Notes under the pieces: model-generated | What the model was told of the DNA's origin: nothing | Seen by the model: the letters and a program-made list of their open reading frames with translations, nothing else | Databases searched by the model: none | Shown here: positions 33,679 through 41,199 of the stretch, one piece after another | How the letters are laid out: each line of letters opens with the position of its first letter | Numbering within the stretch: position 1 is the first letter of the stretch | IMG/VR virus record: IMGVR_UViG_3300032820_000001 | Location: 64,001 to 128,000 of that record | Strand: one strand, 5' to 3' | DNA: 64,000 bases | Source of the DNA: a virus | Program-made: the position numbers and the translations under genes

Positions 33679-33768
33679 CTAAAAAGCGGGCACAACCCGC
33701 TCGAATATGTTACCCTTGCAACAGCGTCTTACTGGTTGCAACATCCACCTTTTGATTGTGTAATTCAT
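33679..33768 (-). CDS. Unannotated 29-aa peptide MNYTIKRWMLQPVRRCCKGNIFERVVPAF
   Basis: Translated by hand. ATG 33768 with SD GAGGG, TAG at 33679-33681. Overlaps the DUF1360-like 3' end in another frame. Confidence 0.5.
   Translation of the reverse strand: MNYTIKRWMLQPVRRCCKGNIFERVVPAF
33681..33702 (-). terminator. GC-rich hairpin with U tail just upstream of the protease SD
   Basis: Minus strand GAGCGGG-TTGTG-CCCGCTT-TTT. Confidence 0.55.
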
Positions 33769-34051
33769 GTTTAATTCCCTCGTCGCCAAAACTCTGACAC
33801 AAAATATAACTTGTTCCAGAGGAAAGACAGCCCAACAAAAACCCTGTTAGGATGCTATTATCGAAGGTAAATAGTGCGGTGAAATCGTTTATTCCCCAAA
33901 GAAATAAGCCAACCCAAAATCCTACGCACATAGAGCAGGAAAAAAGTTGACAGAACCACCCGTCTGCGGGGCGGATTTTATCAAATATGGTTCCGTAAAC
34001 GATGATTTGTGTTAGGCCATAGGCACACAAAACAAACAACAAGAGGTTCAT
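33710..34051 (-). CDS. DUF1360-like small membrane protein with CxxC (113 aa)
   Basis: Hydrophobic segments and LFSCSMCVGFWVG. ATG 34051 overlaps the upstream stop (TAATG). Confidence 0.65.
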   Translation of the reverse strand: MNLLLFVLCAYGLTQIIVYGTIFDKIRPADGWFCQLFSCSMCVGFWVGLFLWGINDFTALFTFDNSILTGFLLGCLSSGTSYILCQSFGDEGIKHELHNQKVDVATSKTLLQG

Positions 34052-34587
34052 TAAACGTTCCAGTATCCTCTCAATTTTCCAATGGAGCCCTTCTTGGGGG
34101 CTTGTGGCACTTCGCCAAGTTCGGTAGAATCTTCCGGAGTGGGGTCGACCCAATCATCAATCTCATTTTCTTTGTAAGCTTTCTCGTAAATAAAGTACGG
34201 GCGCTCTTCTTCCATAAATTTCCCCAAAGACAGCATAACAACTTTGGTGGCATCTAAGCCGCCAGTTGGGTTAGGAACTTGAGCCTCAATTGAACCATAG
34301 ACATTCCCGCCGCGTATTGACTCTGGAATAACTACGCCCTTTTTTGCAAGGTAATCAAACATTCTATTTTGTGCTGCGTAAACATTCTCGTTTTGAACTT
34401 CCTTGGCAAACGTAACAACTTTTTTGTTTGACGGCATGTACACAATGTCAATATCAATGTGATCAAAGATCATAATATTTCCGTCGAGGGAGCGACGAGC
34501 GTTCATCTCAAACGAAATAGGTCGGTTGTCTGAGCCTATCTCTTTTTCATTTTCGGTTGCCGAATCAACTTCTACTTCAATTGTCAT
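34051..34587 (-). CDS. Hypothetical protein (178 aa)
   Basis: Intact ORF coupled at both ends to its neighbours. Confidence 0.75.
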   Translation of the reverse strand: MTIEVEVDSATENEKEIGSDNRPISFEMNARRSLDGNIMIFDHIDIDIVYMPSNKKVVTFAKEVQNENVYAAQNRMFDYLAKKGVVIPESIRGGNVYGSIEAQVPNPTGGLDATKVVMLSLGKFMEEERPYFIYEKAYKENEIDDWVDPTPEDSTELGEVPQAPKKGSIGKLRGYWNV

Positions 34588-35402
34588 TATGATTCAACCT
34601 CTCTAACAAAATTCTGAATGTTTAGCACTTGTCTCACTAACTCCTCGTCAATCGGCTTCTTCGGGGCATTTTCCAGAAGAGCATAAACATCGTTTGTGGA
34701 CTTCTTCATTTCTGAGTCTTTGGAAATTTCCTCACAGTCAAGAGACTTCATTACTTTTTCCTTGAGTCTGCCGATCTCTTCATTCATGTAGAGTTTAAAT
34801 TCTATACCATTATCCGCAAAAGAAGAAACATACTTTCCAAGAAGTTCCTTTTGTTCGCTGGGCAGTACAGAAGAGTATTCTTCATTAAATTTAGAAACAA
34901 AGGATTTATATACAATATTATCCACGGGTTTCATATCGCCATCAGGCGCGTCTTTGGTCATAGTGTCTAAAACAACGTTCTCCAAAAGAATTCTACTTTT
35001 AGCATCGGACTCCCTGGAAAATATTTGTGAAATGGTAGCTAGATATTTATAATTTCCGACAAAGTTAGAGAATACTGATTTTGATAGCTTTTTGTTAATG
35101 GTGTTGATCATTGATGTTTGTTCTTCGAACAACTTCTCTTTATTGATGTCTTCGTAATCTCTCTTTACTTCTTGCAAAATTCTATTGGCGGTCTCTTTAT
35201 CACACTCAACAGACTCACTCAAGCTTCTATAAAGATCCAACTCTTTCCTAAGTTCTGTTCCGCGTTGGAAATACGAACGAATAATGGAGGTTACTCCCTC
35301 TTTCTTTTTTTCGTCCTTCTCCACAATTGCTTTGGTGATCTCCCTACTCAGAGCCTCAAAAATAAAAGCAGTGTTTCTTTTTTTGTTGTGTTTAGCTTTC
35401 AT
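34587..35402 (-). CDS. Helical hypothetical protein downstream of portal (271 aa)
   Basis: KHNKKRNTAFIFEAL N-terminus; overlaps the portal 3' end. Confidence 0.75.
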   Translation of the reverse strand: MKAKHNKKRNTAFIFEALSREITKAIVEKDEKKKEGVTSIIRSYFQRGTELRKELDLYRSLSESVECDKETANRILQEVKRDYEDINKEKLFEEQTSMINTINKKLSKSVFSNFVGNYKYLATISQIFSRESDAKSRILLENVVLDTMTKDAPDGDMKPVDNIVYKSFVSKFNEEYSSVLPSEQKELLGKYVSSFADNGIEFKLYMNEEIGRLKEKVMKSLDCEEISKDSEMKKSTNDVYALLENAPKKPIDEELVRQVLNIQNFVREVES

Positions 35403-37362
35403 CGTTATTCTCCGGGGCTTTCGAGTGGGCTAGAGATTCCGCAAACTTGTCCAACTCGTTCTTTGCTCTAAAGATTTTGTTTTCATCTTCTAGGTAATTA
35501 GTGTCTTTTGATTCAAATACCCCATTTGCAAGGCCGCTAAGATCTTTTAAGCCAGGATGAGTGTTGGTTTTTGTATTTCTTGCATATGAATCACCGCCGT
35601 GGGCTTTTGCGCTGTAACGGCGCGCAGCGGCCTTGTGGCCACCTTGGCCACGCTTTTCATAAGTCTTTCCTTTTGACCTTCGTGTTGTCGTTTTTTGACC
35701 AATTGAAACATTAGAATTTCTCCTGGCGGGGGGTGCGACCAATAGCGTCTCATCCTCGCCTGTGTCGGCAGTGTCTGCGCCAAGATCATCGCCGCCAAGA
35801 TCATCGCCGCCAAGATCATCGCCGCCAAGATCATCATCGCCAAGATCAAGATCATCGTCGCCGCCTAGATCATCGTCACCAAAGTCTCCGCCTCCGGAAT
35901 CTGTCGCTTCTGGTACTTCACCAGCAGCTTCCAACTGTGCGTTGAGTTTCCTATCAAAAAATTGCTCTCTCTGCATTCGAATAATCTCGTCATCAGTAAG
36001 ACCGAAGATCTTCTGAGCGATCCAACGCTGACTGAAAAATCCCTCGGTTGCTCCGCTGGCGACATCAAATTTAGTGCGCCAGTGTTCCAACTCCTGAAGT
36101 TCTGCAATTTTAGAAGGATTGTTAAGAGACAAAGTGAAGCTCACCAAGTCATCTCCACGGAAGCCAATAGTATACAAGTGAATGATTCCCATCTTTTCAA
36201 TCTCTGAAAGGATACTTCTCTGTAATCTTTGAATTGTACGAGCGAAGCGGATGTCTTTTTGGGCCAGTGTTGATTTGTCTTCGTCTGCTCCTTCGCCTCG
36301 TGAGAGGTAGGACTGAGGAACCTTAAGCGCAGAGAACAATTTATCTCTGAGATATTTAACATCGTCGATATCGCCAGTGAATGTTCCTCCGGCAAGATTC
36401 TCAATCTTTGAAGATGAGTCTCCGCGCACTGGAACAAAATAATCTTCTTCTACCGATAGGGGATTGTACCTTAAATCAACTCTTCCGGTTTGTGAATCAA
36501 CAATCTGGTTTCGTTTCATTTGAGTCATTACACGCTGCATATATTGTTCAACGTCTTGGGGGGCGATGTTTCCGACATCAATATAAAATACGCGGCGCTC
36601 AGGTGAGCGTACAATACGATAAGACATCATTGCATCTTCAAGGAGAGTTAATTGACGCCAGATCCTACGAGCTGGTTCTAAGACGGAGGTTCCATAAGGA
36701 GAATATTTATCATTCCCCAAAATTCTAAAATGAGCAACCTGCCAGTTTTCAAATGTCATTCCGCCGGAGTTCCACTGGAATTGGACGTAGTTTGGATTTG
36801 TGGGGTCTTCGCCTTCCATTCTCTCCACCTCTTGTGGCGGGAGACCAATTACATTTTTAATCCCCTCTTCCTCATCAATGTCGAGGTATAGGAAATAATC
36901 TCCGTACTTGCACATTGTGCGCGACCAGCCAAAAAGATTAAAATTGATGTTTAGAATGTTAGTATATAAGGATTCCAGAATCGTTTTTATTTCTTCGTTC
37001 TGACACTCGATGCTCAACATAGGTTGTAAGTGTGTATTGGTTGTCATCTCATCAGCATATATATCCATGGAAGATGCTATTTCTGGAGTGTACTCCATTT
37101 GATCAAAATCCATATATCTCTCTGCCCTGTTTTGGTTCGAGATTTGGTTGGTCTGCATGACGTCAAAAGGGTTGTAAGTTGACTTTTTAAATTGCAAGCC
37201 ACTTGTGGAATAGAATTGAGATCGGTATTTGTTAAGATCTTTGCGTCGCTGCTTGCGATACATTTGGACTCGACGATTTACAATCGGGCCCGAAAATAAT
37301 CTTGTTAGCTTTTTAAAAAGCTGGGACGTTGGGTTTCTGGGGTTAGTTCTTTGTTCAGCCAT
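35392..37362 (-). CDS. gp20: Portal protein (T4 gp20-like), 656 aa with acidic C-terminal tail
   Basis: PEIASSMDIYADE, YRIVRSPERRVFYIDVGN, EEDYFVPVRG....KIENLAGG, DDVKYLRDKLFSALKVP.SYL. Confidence 0.95.
   Translation of the reverse strand: MAEQRTNPRNPTSQLFKKLTRLFSGPIVNRRVQMYRKQRRKDLNKYRSQFYSTSGLQFKKSTYNPFDVMQTNQISNQNRAERYMDFDQMEYTPEIASSMDIYADEMTTNTHLQPMLSIECQNEEIKTILESLYTNILNINFNLFGWSRTMCKYGDYFLYLDIDEEEGIKNVIGLPPQEVERMEGEDPTNPNYVQFQWNSGGMTFENWQVAHFRILGNDKYSPYGTSVLEPARRIWRQLTLLEDAMMSYRIVRSPERRVFYIDVGNIAPQDVEQYMQRVMTQMKRNQIVDSQTGRVDLRYNPLSVEEDYFVPVRGDSSSKIENLAGGTFTGDIDDVKYLRDKLFSALKVPQSYLSRGEGADEDKSTLAQKDIRFARTIQRLQRSILSEIEKMGIIHLYTIGFRGDDLVSFTLSLNNPSKIAELQELEHWRTKFDVASGATEGFFSQRWIAQKIFGLTDDEIIRMQREQFFDRKLNAQLEAAGEVPEATDSGGGDFGDDDLGGDDDLDLGDDDLGGDDLGGDDLGGDDLGADTADTGEDETLLVAPPARRNSNVSIGQKTTTRRSKGKTYEKRGQGGHKAAARRYSAKAHGGDSYARNTKTNTHPGLKDLSGLANGVFESKDTNYLEDENKIFRAKNELDKFAESLAHSKAPENNDES
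35779..35835. repeat. 15-bp tandem repeat (gccaagatcatcgcc x3 plus partial) encoding GDDLG in the portal tail
   Basis: Read directly from the sequence. Confidence 0.9.
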
Positions 37363-37365
37363 TTC

Positions 37366-38961
37366 TTATCCTTTATAGAGCCACATAAACTCTTGGTACT
37401 CCTTCAGGGTGTTGTCTGCCTCTGTACCTTTATCTGTATCTAGTATTCTATTATAACCCACTTGTCCATTTATTTTAGTATTTATTTTAGTATTTGCAAC
37501 AATCATTGAATCTAAACAAGCCTTACTGTATTCGACAGACCTACTGTTTGTCAGTATGGCCGTATCCCTTACCCAACACGCAATTGCAAGCGACATAACG
37601 AGATCATCGTTGTATCCTCGCATTGCCTGGGGGCGTCCATTGTTCCACACGAAAGTTCGCAATTCGCTGATAAAACGTATAGAACTCACTTTAAGTAGTT
37701 TATTTCTTATATATTCCTCCAATTTTGCAATGATTAGAGGTCTGGTCTTCATAGAAGTAGTAAACCCTGGGACCGTAGAGGACTTTGTTTCTGCAACGAG
37801 GGGGTCTACATACTCATGTGATCCCTTCTCAGAGTAATATAAATTGGGGTACTGCATAGCTATCAACTTTTCTAAGATGTTGAAGCCAATGTTGTTGTTT
37901 TCAACAACCAGCATGCACCCTCCAAACTCTCTTCCTGTTGTGCTGAGGAGGGCTGCAAACGAATCTAAGTTTGGCTTTCCTTGATATTCTGCGACCACTT
38001 CCATCGTTTCCAGCTTCACTATGTTAAACACTGAAAAATCTTTTCCGTCTCCCCGCGCAACGTCAGCAACCAATAAATATGTGTTTCCCGGCTGGTATTC
38101 TTCCCATATCCACAAATTTCTATCGAATGCGGTCTGGTACTTTGGTGCAGTTGCGGAAGCTTCCAATCTCCCAATATCGTCGGGGTGAATAACCGATTCG
38201 CCTGAAGCGAGGAATGAACACTCAAGTTCTTGCGCGATGTCGCGGCGAGACATGTTTCGTGTTTCTTTTTCAAACCAAGACTTATCTCTGTCGGGGTGCT
38301 CGTCCCATAGAAGAGTGGTGGCATGAAAATCATTTCTACTTTCCATTGAGTCCGAAAATGTTTTGTGAAACCAGTTGCCGACGCCATTTGGAGTTGATAG
38401 TGCGATGCATCGTCCACCAGTAGATAGGGTGGGGTAAAGACCCATCCACAATTCATCAAGACCTTCTACGTGGGCGGCCTCGTCAACAACCAATAAAGAC
38501 AAAGCCTCAGAACGACCAGCATCGCCAGTTGTCGAAGAAGCCTTTATTTGAGATCCGTTTGATAGCTCAAACGAGGATCGATTATCAATTGTAATAGTTG
38601 CCGTGGCCATCCACGGTGGCAGATTCTTAATGATTTGCTTAACCTTCTTAACAAGGTTAGATGCTGTACCAAACTTTGTCGCGACCACAAGAACATTCTT
38701 TTCTTTGTGGAACATCATAAGCCATGCAATATAGGCTCCGGAGATTGTCGAGATACCCAATTGCCGGGCTTTCAGAATAACGTTAAAGCGATAATCTGCG
38801 AAATCTTTCAGAAGCTGTGTCTGAAATGGGTATGTTTTAAATGGGATTTGCCCCTTGAGGGGGTGAGAAATTCGAGCGTATGTGTTAGTGAAATATACAG
38901 GATCCTTGCCACACTTGACAATCTCCTGTATAATTTGTTTCTTCGTTAGCTGGTAGGCCAT
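37366..38961 (-). CDS. terL: Terminase large subunit (T4 gp17-like)
   Basis: Walker A LKARQLGIST, Walker B LLVVDEAA, coupling motif STPNG, nuclease ADVARG and DDLVMS. Confidence 0.97.
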   Translation of the reverse strand: MAYQLTKKQIIQEIVKCGKDPVYFTNTYARISHPLKGQIPFKTYPFQTQLLKDFADYRFNVILKARQLGISTISGAYIAWLMMFHKEKNVLVVATKFGTASNLVKKVKQIIKNLPPWMATATITIDNRSSFELSNGSQIKASSTTGDAGRSEALSLLVVDEAAHVEGLDELWMGLYPTLSTGGRCIALSTPNGVGNWFHKTFSDSMESRNDFHATTLLWDEHPDRDKSWFEKETRNMSRRDIAQELECSFLASGESVIHPDDIGRLEASATAPKYQTAFDRNLWIWEEYQPGNTYLLVADVARGDGKDFSVFNIVKLETMEVVAEYQGKPNLDSFAALLSTTGREFGGCMLVVENNNIGFNILEKLIAMQYPNLYYSEKGSHEYVDPLVAETKSSTVPGFTTSMKTRPLIIAKLEEYIRNKLLKVSSIRFISELRTFVWNNGRPQAMRGYNDDLVMSLAIACWVRDTAILTNSRSVEYSKACLDSMIVANTKINTKINGQVGYNRILDTDKGTEADNTLKEYQEFMWLYKG

Positions 38962-38969
38962 GCATCGCT

Positions 38970-39509
38970 CTACTTTTCATTTGCTTTTGGTGTTATAGAC
39001 ACATTCTCTGGCTTCTTTGCATTTTTACCTAACGCAAGAAAAGACTTGATTGTTGAATCAATATCATTCTTATCTTTCACGTCGTGCCCTTCAACTCCTT
39101 TAATTTCATAGTCACAGTGAGCTTGAACCCACGATCTGATCCTGGAAGTGGTCTGGACATTGCCCATTGTGAGGCTTCCTTTCTTCTTTAATTTCAGGGC
39201 CTCACCGGTGATTTTCTTATATTCCTTTTTCAAAAACTTGGTAACTTCTTCAATGGCGTGTTCGACTTCGCCCTTTAATTTGTTGGTTGTAACTTCTTTA
39301 GTTCCAACTTCGCGGTGGTAATTCACGCGCATCGTGGTGCCCAAGAGCTTCACGCCAAAACCATCGAGAACTCGACGGTCAGTGATTGGTGTTGGCTTGT
39401 CTCTCTCTAGTCCAATGTCAAGAGGCTCACCCTCATCATTGACGGCGCCGTCATGTGCGTTGGCCGCAGCTTGGTTAATTCCCTTAACAATATCTAATAT
39501 GTTTGACAT
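38970..39509 (-). CDS. Hypothetical protein (179 aa) upstream of terminase
   Basis: Intact ORF with SD AGGGGTG. Confidence 0.7.
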   Translation of the reverse strand: MSNILDIVKGINQAAANAHDGAVNDEGEPLDIGLERDKPTPITDRRVLDGFGVKLLGTTMRVNYHREVGTKEVTTNKLKGEVEHAIEEVTKFLKKEYKKITGEALKLKKKGSLTMGNVQTTSRIRSWVQAHCDYEIKGVEGHDVKDKNDIDSTIKSFLALGKNAKKPENVSITPKANEK

Positions 39510-39527
39510 TTTAAATCACCCCTTTTT

Positions 39528-39719
39528 CTATTTATTTTCTTTTCGGTCATTCCTGACCTCAATGATCTCTGCTCTCATGTCTTTAAGGAGTTTAATAACC
39601 TCCATCGCACGTTTGCGAATTCGCGTTCCAGCGGTCGCATTTCCACGATCAAACTTATCAGCATCCTTACATCCGTCACAAAGCATCTCAACAATATCTT
39701 CTAAATCATCTTTAATCAT
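39528..39719 (-). CDS. Histone H1-like (Hc1-family N-terminal domain) small protein, 63 aa
   Basis: DADKFDRGNATAGTRIRKRAMEVIKLLKDMRAEI resembles the D..KF..GN.AAG.R.RK..qe+k.l...+R.E+ pattern of short Hc1-like proteins. Start ATG 39719 (SD GGAG). Confidence 0.65.
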   Translation of the reverse strand: MIKDDLEDIVEMLCDGCKDADKFDRGNATAGTRIRKRAMEVIKLLKDMRAEIIEVRNDRKENK

Positions 39720-40107
39720 TTTTGTTCTCCACCACATTTGGTCGCCATCCTGACTCCCATCTCTCTTCTCTGCCTTCAACAAACTTAATGTAGCACTTTA
39801 AACAACATACAAAGCGATTCATATATAAATCATCTTTCTTATCAAAAGAGTAAGTGCCACAAACAGGGCAGGCCCTGTCGCTCGTCTTATTAATTAGTTT
39901 TTTGGATAACAAAAACCCGTTTAATTCGACTTTATCGCTAGCCTCAGAGACTTTCTGGTGTTTTTTTGTAGTTTTTTTGACCTGTTCAATATAATCTTTC
40001 TCTTTGTCTTCATCCCACAACGACTTTGGATTAACAATTGCCTCGTCACCATACTTCTTAGAAATGGCCTTTTCAATTGCTGCAATATCGTTTGTGTCTT
40101 TTTTCAT
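39712..40107 (-). CDS. Hypothetical Zn-finger protein (131 aa)
   Basis: CPVC...CCLKC; C-terminal GREERWESGWRP. Confidence 0.7.
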   Translation of the reverse strand: MKKDTNDIAAIEKAISKKYGDEAIVNPKSLWDEDKEKDYIEQVKKTTKKHQKVSEASDKVELNGFLLSKKLINKTSDRACPVCGTYSFDKKDDLYMNRFVCCLKCYIKFVEGREERWESGWRPNVVENKND

Positions 40108-40544
40108 GCATCGCCTTGGGAGGTCTTAACGGCAGCATAGAAAATAGCAATCGAAGTTGCGATCCCCGCAACGACACCGCCAACAAACCACCACTCGCTA
40201 TAATCAGCAGACACATCCCTGAGAGCTCCCTGGAGTCTTGTAATTTCTGTGTCCTTAATCTTCGTGATGGCTGTATGTTTCTCGTGCAGGGATTGGAGTT
40301 TCGCCGCAAGAATATCCTTCTCCAGTTCACAATTTGCTTTCGCCTTCTTTGCATCGTGCTCTGATCTAATCTTGCACTTTTCAGTAGCATATTCGTGAGC
40401 CGAGATTACCTTGGCTGCAGAGGGGCCATCAAGAATGATCCCGCTGAACGGGGCTCGTTGGCCTTTCGTAATTGGCTCTGCCACAATCTCGTCGGCAAAG
40501 ACAGGGAAACTGAATAACAGTGATAATAGTATTAGTGTTCTCAT
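40104..40544 (-). CDS. Spanin-like protein: signal peptide, coiled coil, C-terminal transmembrane helix
   Basis: MRTLILLSLLFSFPVFA/DE, heptad-rich middle, WWFVGGVVAGIATSIAIFYAAV at the C-terminus. Confidence 0.5.
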   Translation of the reverse strand: MRTLILLSLLFSFPVFADEIVAEPITKGQRAPFSGIILDGPSAAKVISAHEYATEKCKIRSEHDAKKAKANCELEKDILAAKLQSLHEKHTAITKIKDTEITRLQGALRDVSADYSEWWFVGGVVAGIATSIAIFYAAVKTSQGDA

Positions 40545-40547
40545 AAT

Positions 40548-40919
40548 TTAATCTTTCTTGGAAAATGCCTTCTTCATTTCTTCGGCGAGCAATTCCATTT
40601 CGAGGTCTTTAAGATCTTTTTCTCTTTTCCTTTTATCTCCCTCGGCTTTTTCGAGGGCTGCAGATTCTTCGGAAACGATGTCCTGCAGATCTTTGGAGAA
40701 TTTCTTGGCGCTCTTTTCAATCTTTGCGTTCTCTTTTTCGTTGGCAGAATTGACGGCTGCAAGTTCATTCTTGTGACTCTCCATCGATCCGATCAGCAAG
40801 TCAACAAGTTGTTCGACTTTTCCTCGGTGGAAAACAAACGCAACAAGAATGGCAACAAACACCACCGGAAAATACCAATAATGTTTGAGCCAAAGGAAAA
40901 CCTTCTTTAAAGTTGTCAT
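40548..40919 (-). CDS. Inner-membrane spanin-like (Rz-like) protein
   Basis: N-terminal TM (YWYFPVVFVAILVAFVF) followed by a long coiled coil; follows the holin-like gene. Confidence 0.5.
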   Translation of the reverse strand: MTTLKKVFLWLKHYWYFPVVFVAILVAFVFHRGKVEQLVDLLIGSMESHKNELAAVNSANEKENAKIEKSAKKFSKDLQDIVSEESAALEKAEGDKRKREKDLKDLEMELLAEEMKKAFSKKD

Positions 40920-41170
40920 TACTTGTTGTAACCTTTAATCCTTTCAAAGATATCGATGGCTGATTGGCCGCCAAGGTAAACGATACTAATCCAGACCCAA
41001 TGCTCCGATTCGAGAGCGGCCACAGACATGAGTGCCGTAGCTGTCATCCAAACCATTAATTTGCGAGAAGCCACCTTGCTAAACAGCCTGTCCAGTGCTC
41101 CAGACTTGGATGTCATTTGGTCAAGCTTCTCCTCAATTGTATCTAACTTAATTTTCTCATCAGTGCTCAT
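40919..41170 (-). CDS. Holin-like small membrane protein (83 aa)
   Basis: SRKLMVWMTATALMSV and WVWISIVYLGGQSAID: two short hydrophobic segments and a charged C-terminus. Start ATG 41170 (SD GGAGGTG). Confidence 0.55.
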   Translation of the reverse strand: MSTDEKIKLDTIEEKLDQMTSKSGALDRLFSKVASRKLMVWMTATALMSVAALESEHWVWISIVYLGGQSAIDIFERIKGYNK

Positions 41171-41189
41171 AATCGTCACCTCCACCATA

Positions 41190-41197
41190 TAAATAGT
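41190..41197 (-). promoter_or_regulatory. Late-promoter-like motif ACTATTTA
   Basis: About 20 nt upstream of the holin-like ATG, right after the nuclease-ATPase stop. Confidence 0.55.
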
Positions 41198-41199
41198 AG

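Noticed and set aside
38970-39509. Terminase small subunit call for the gene upstream of terL
   Set aside because: Position fits, but I see no recognisable TerS motif; left as hypothetical.
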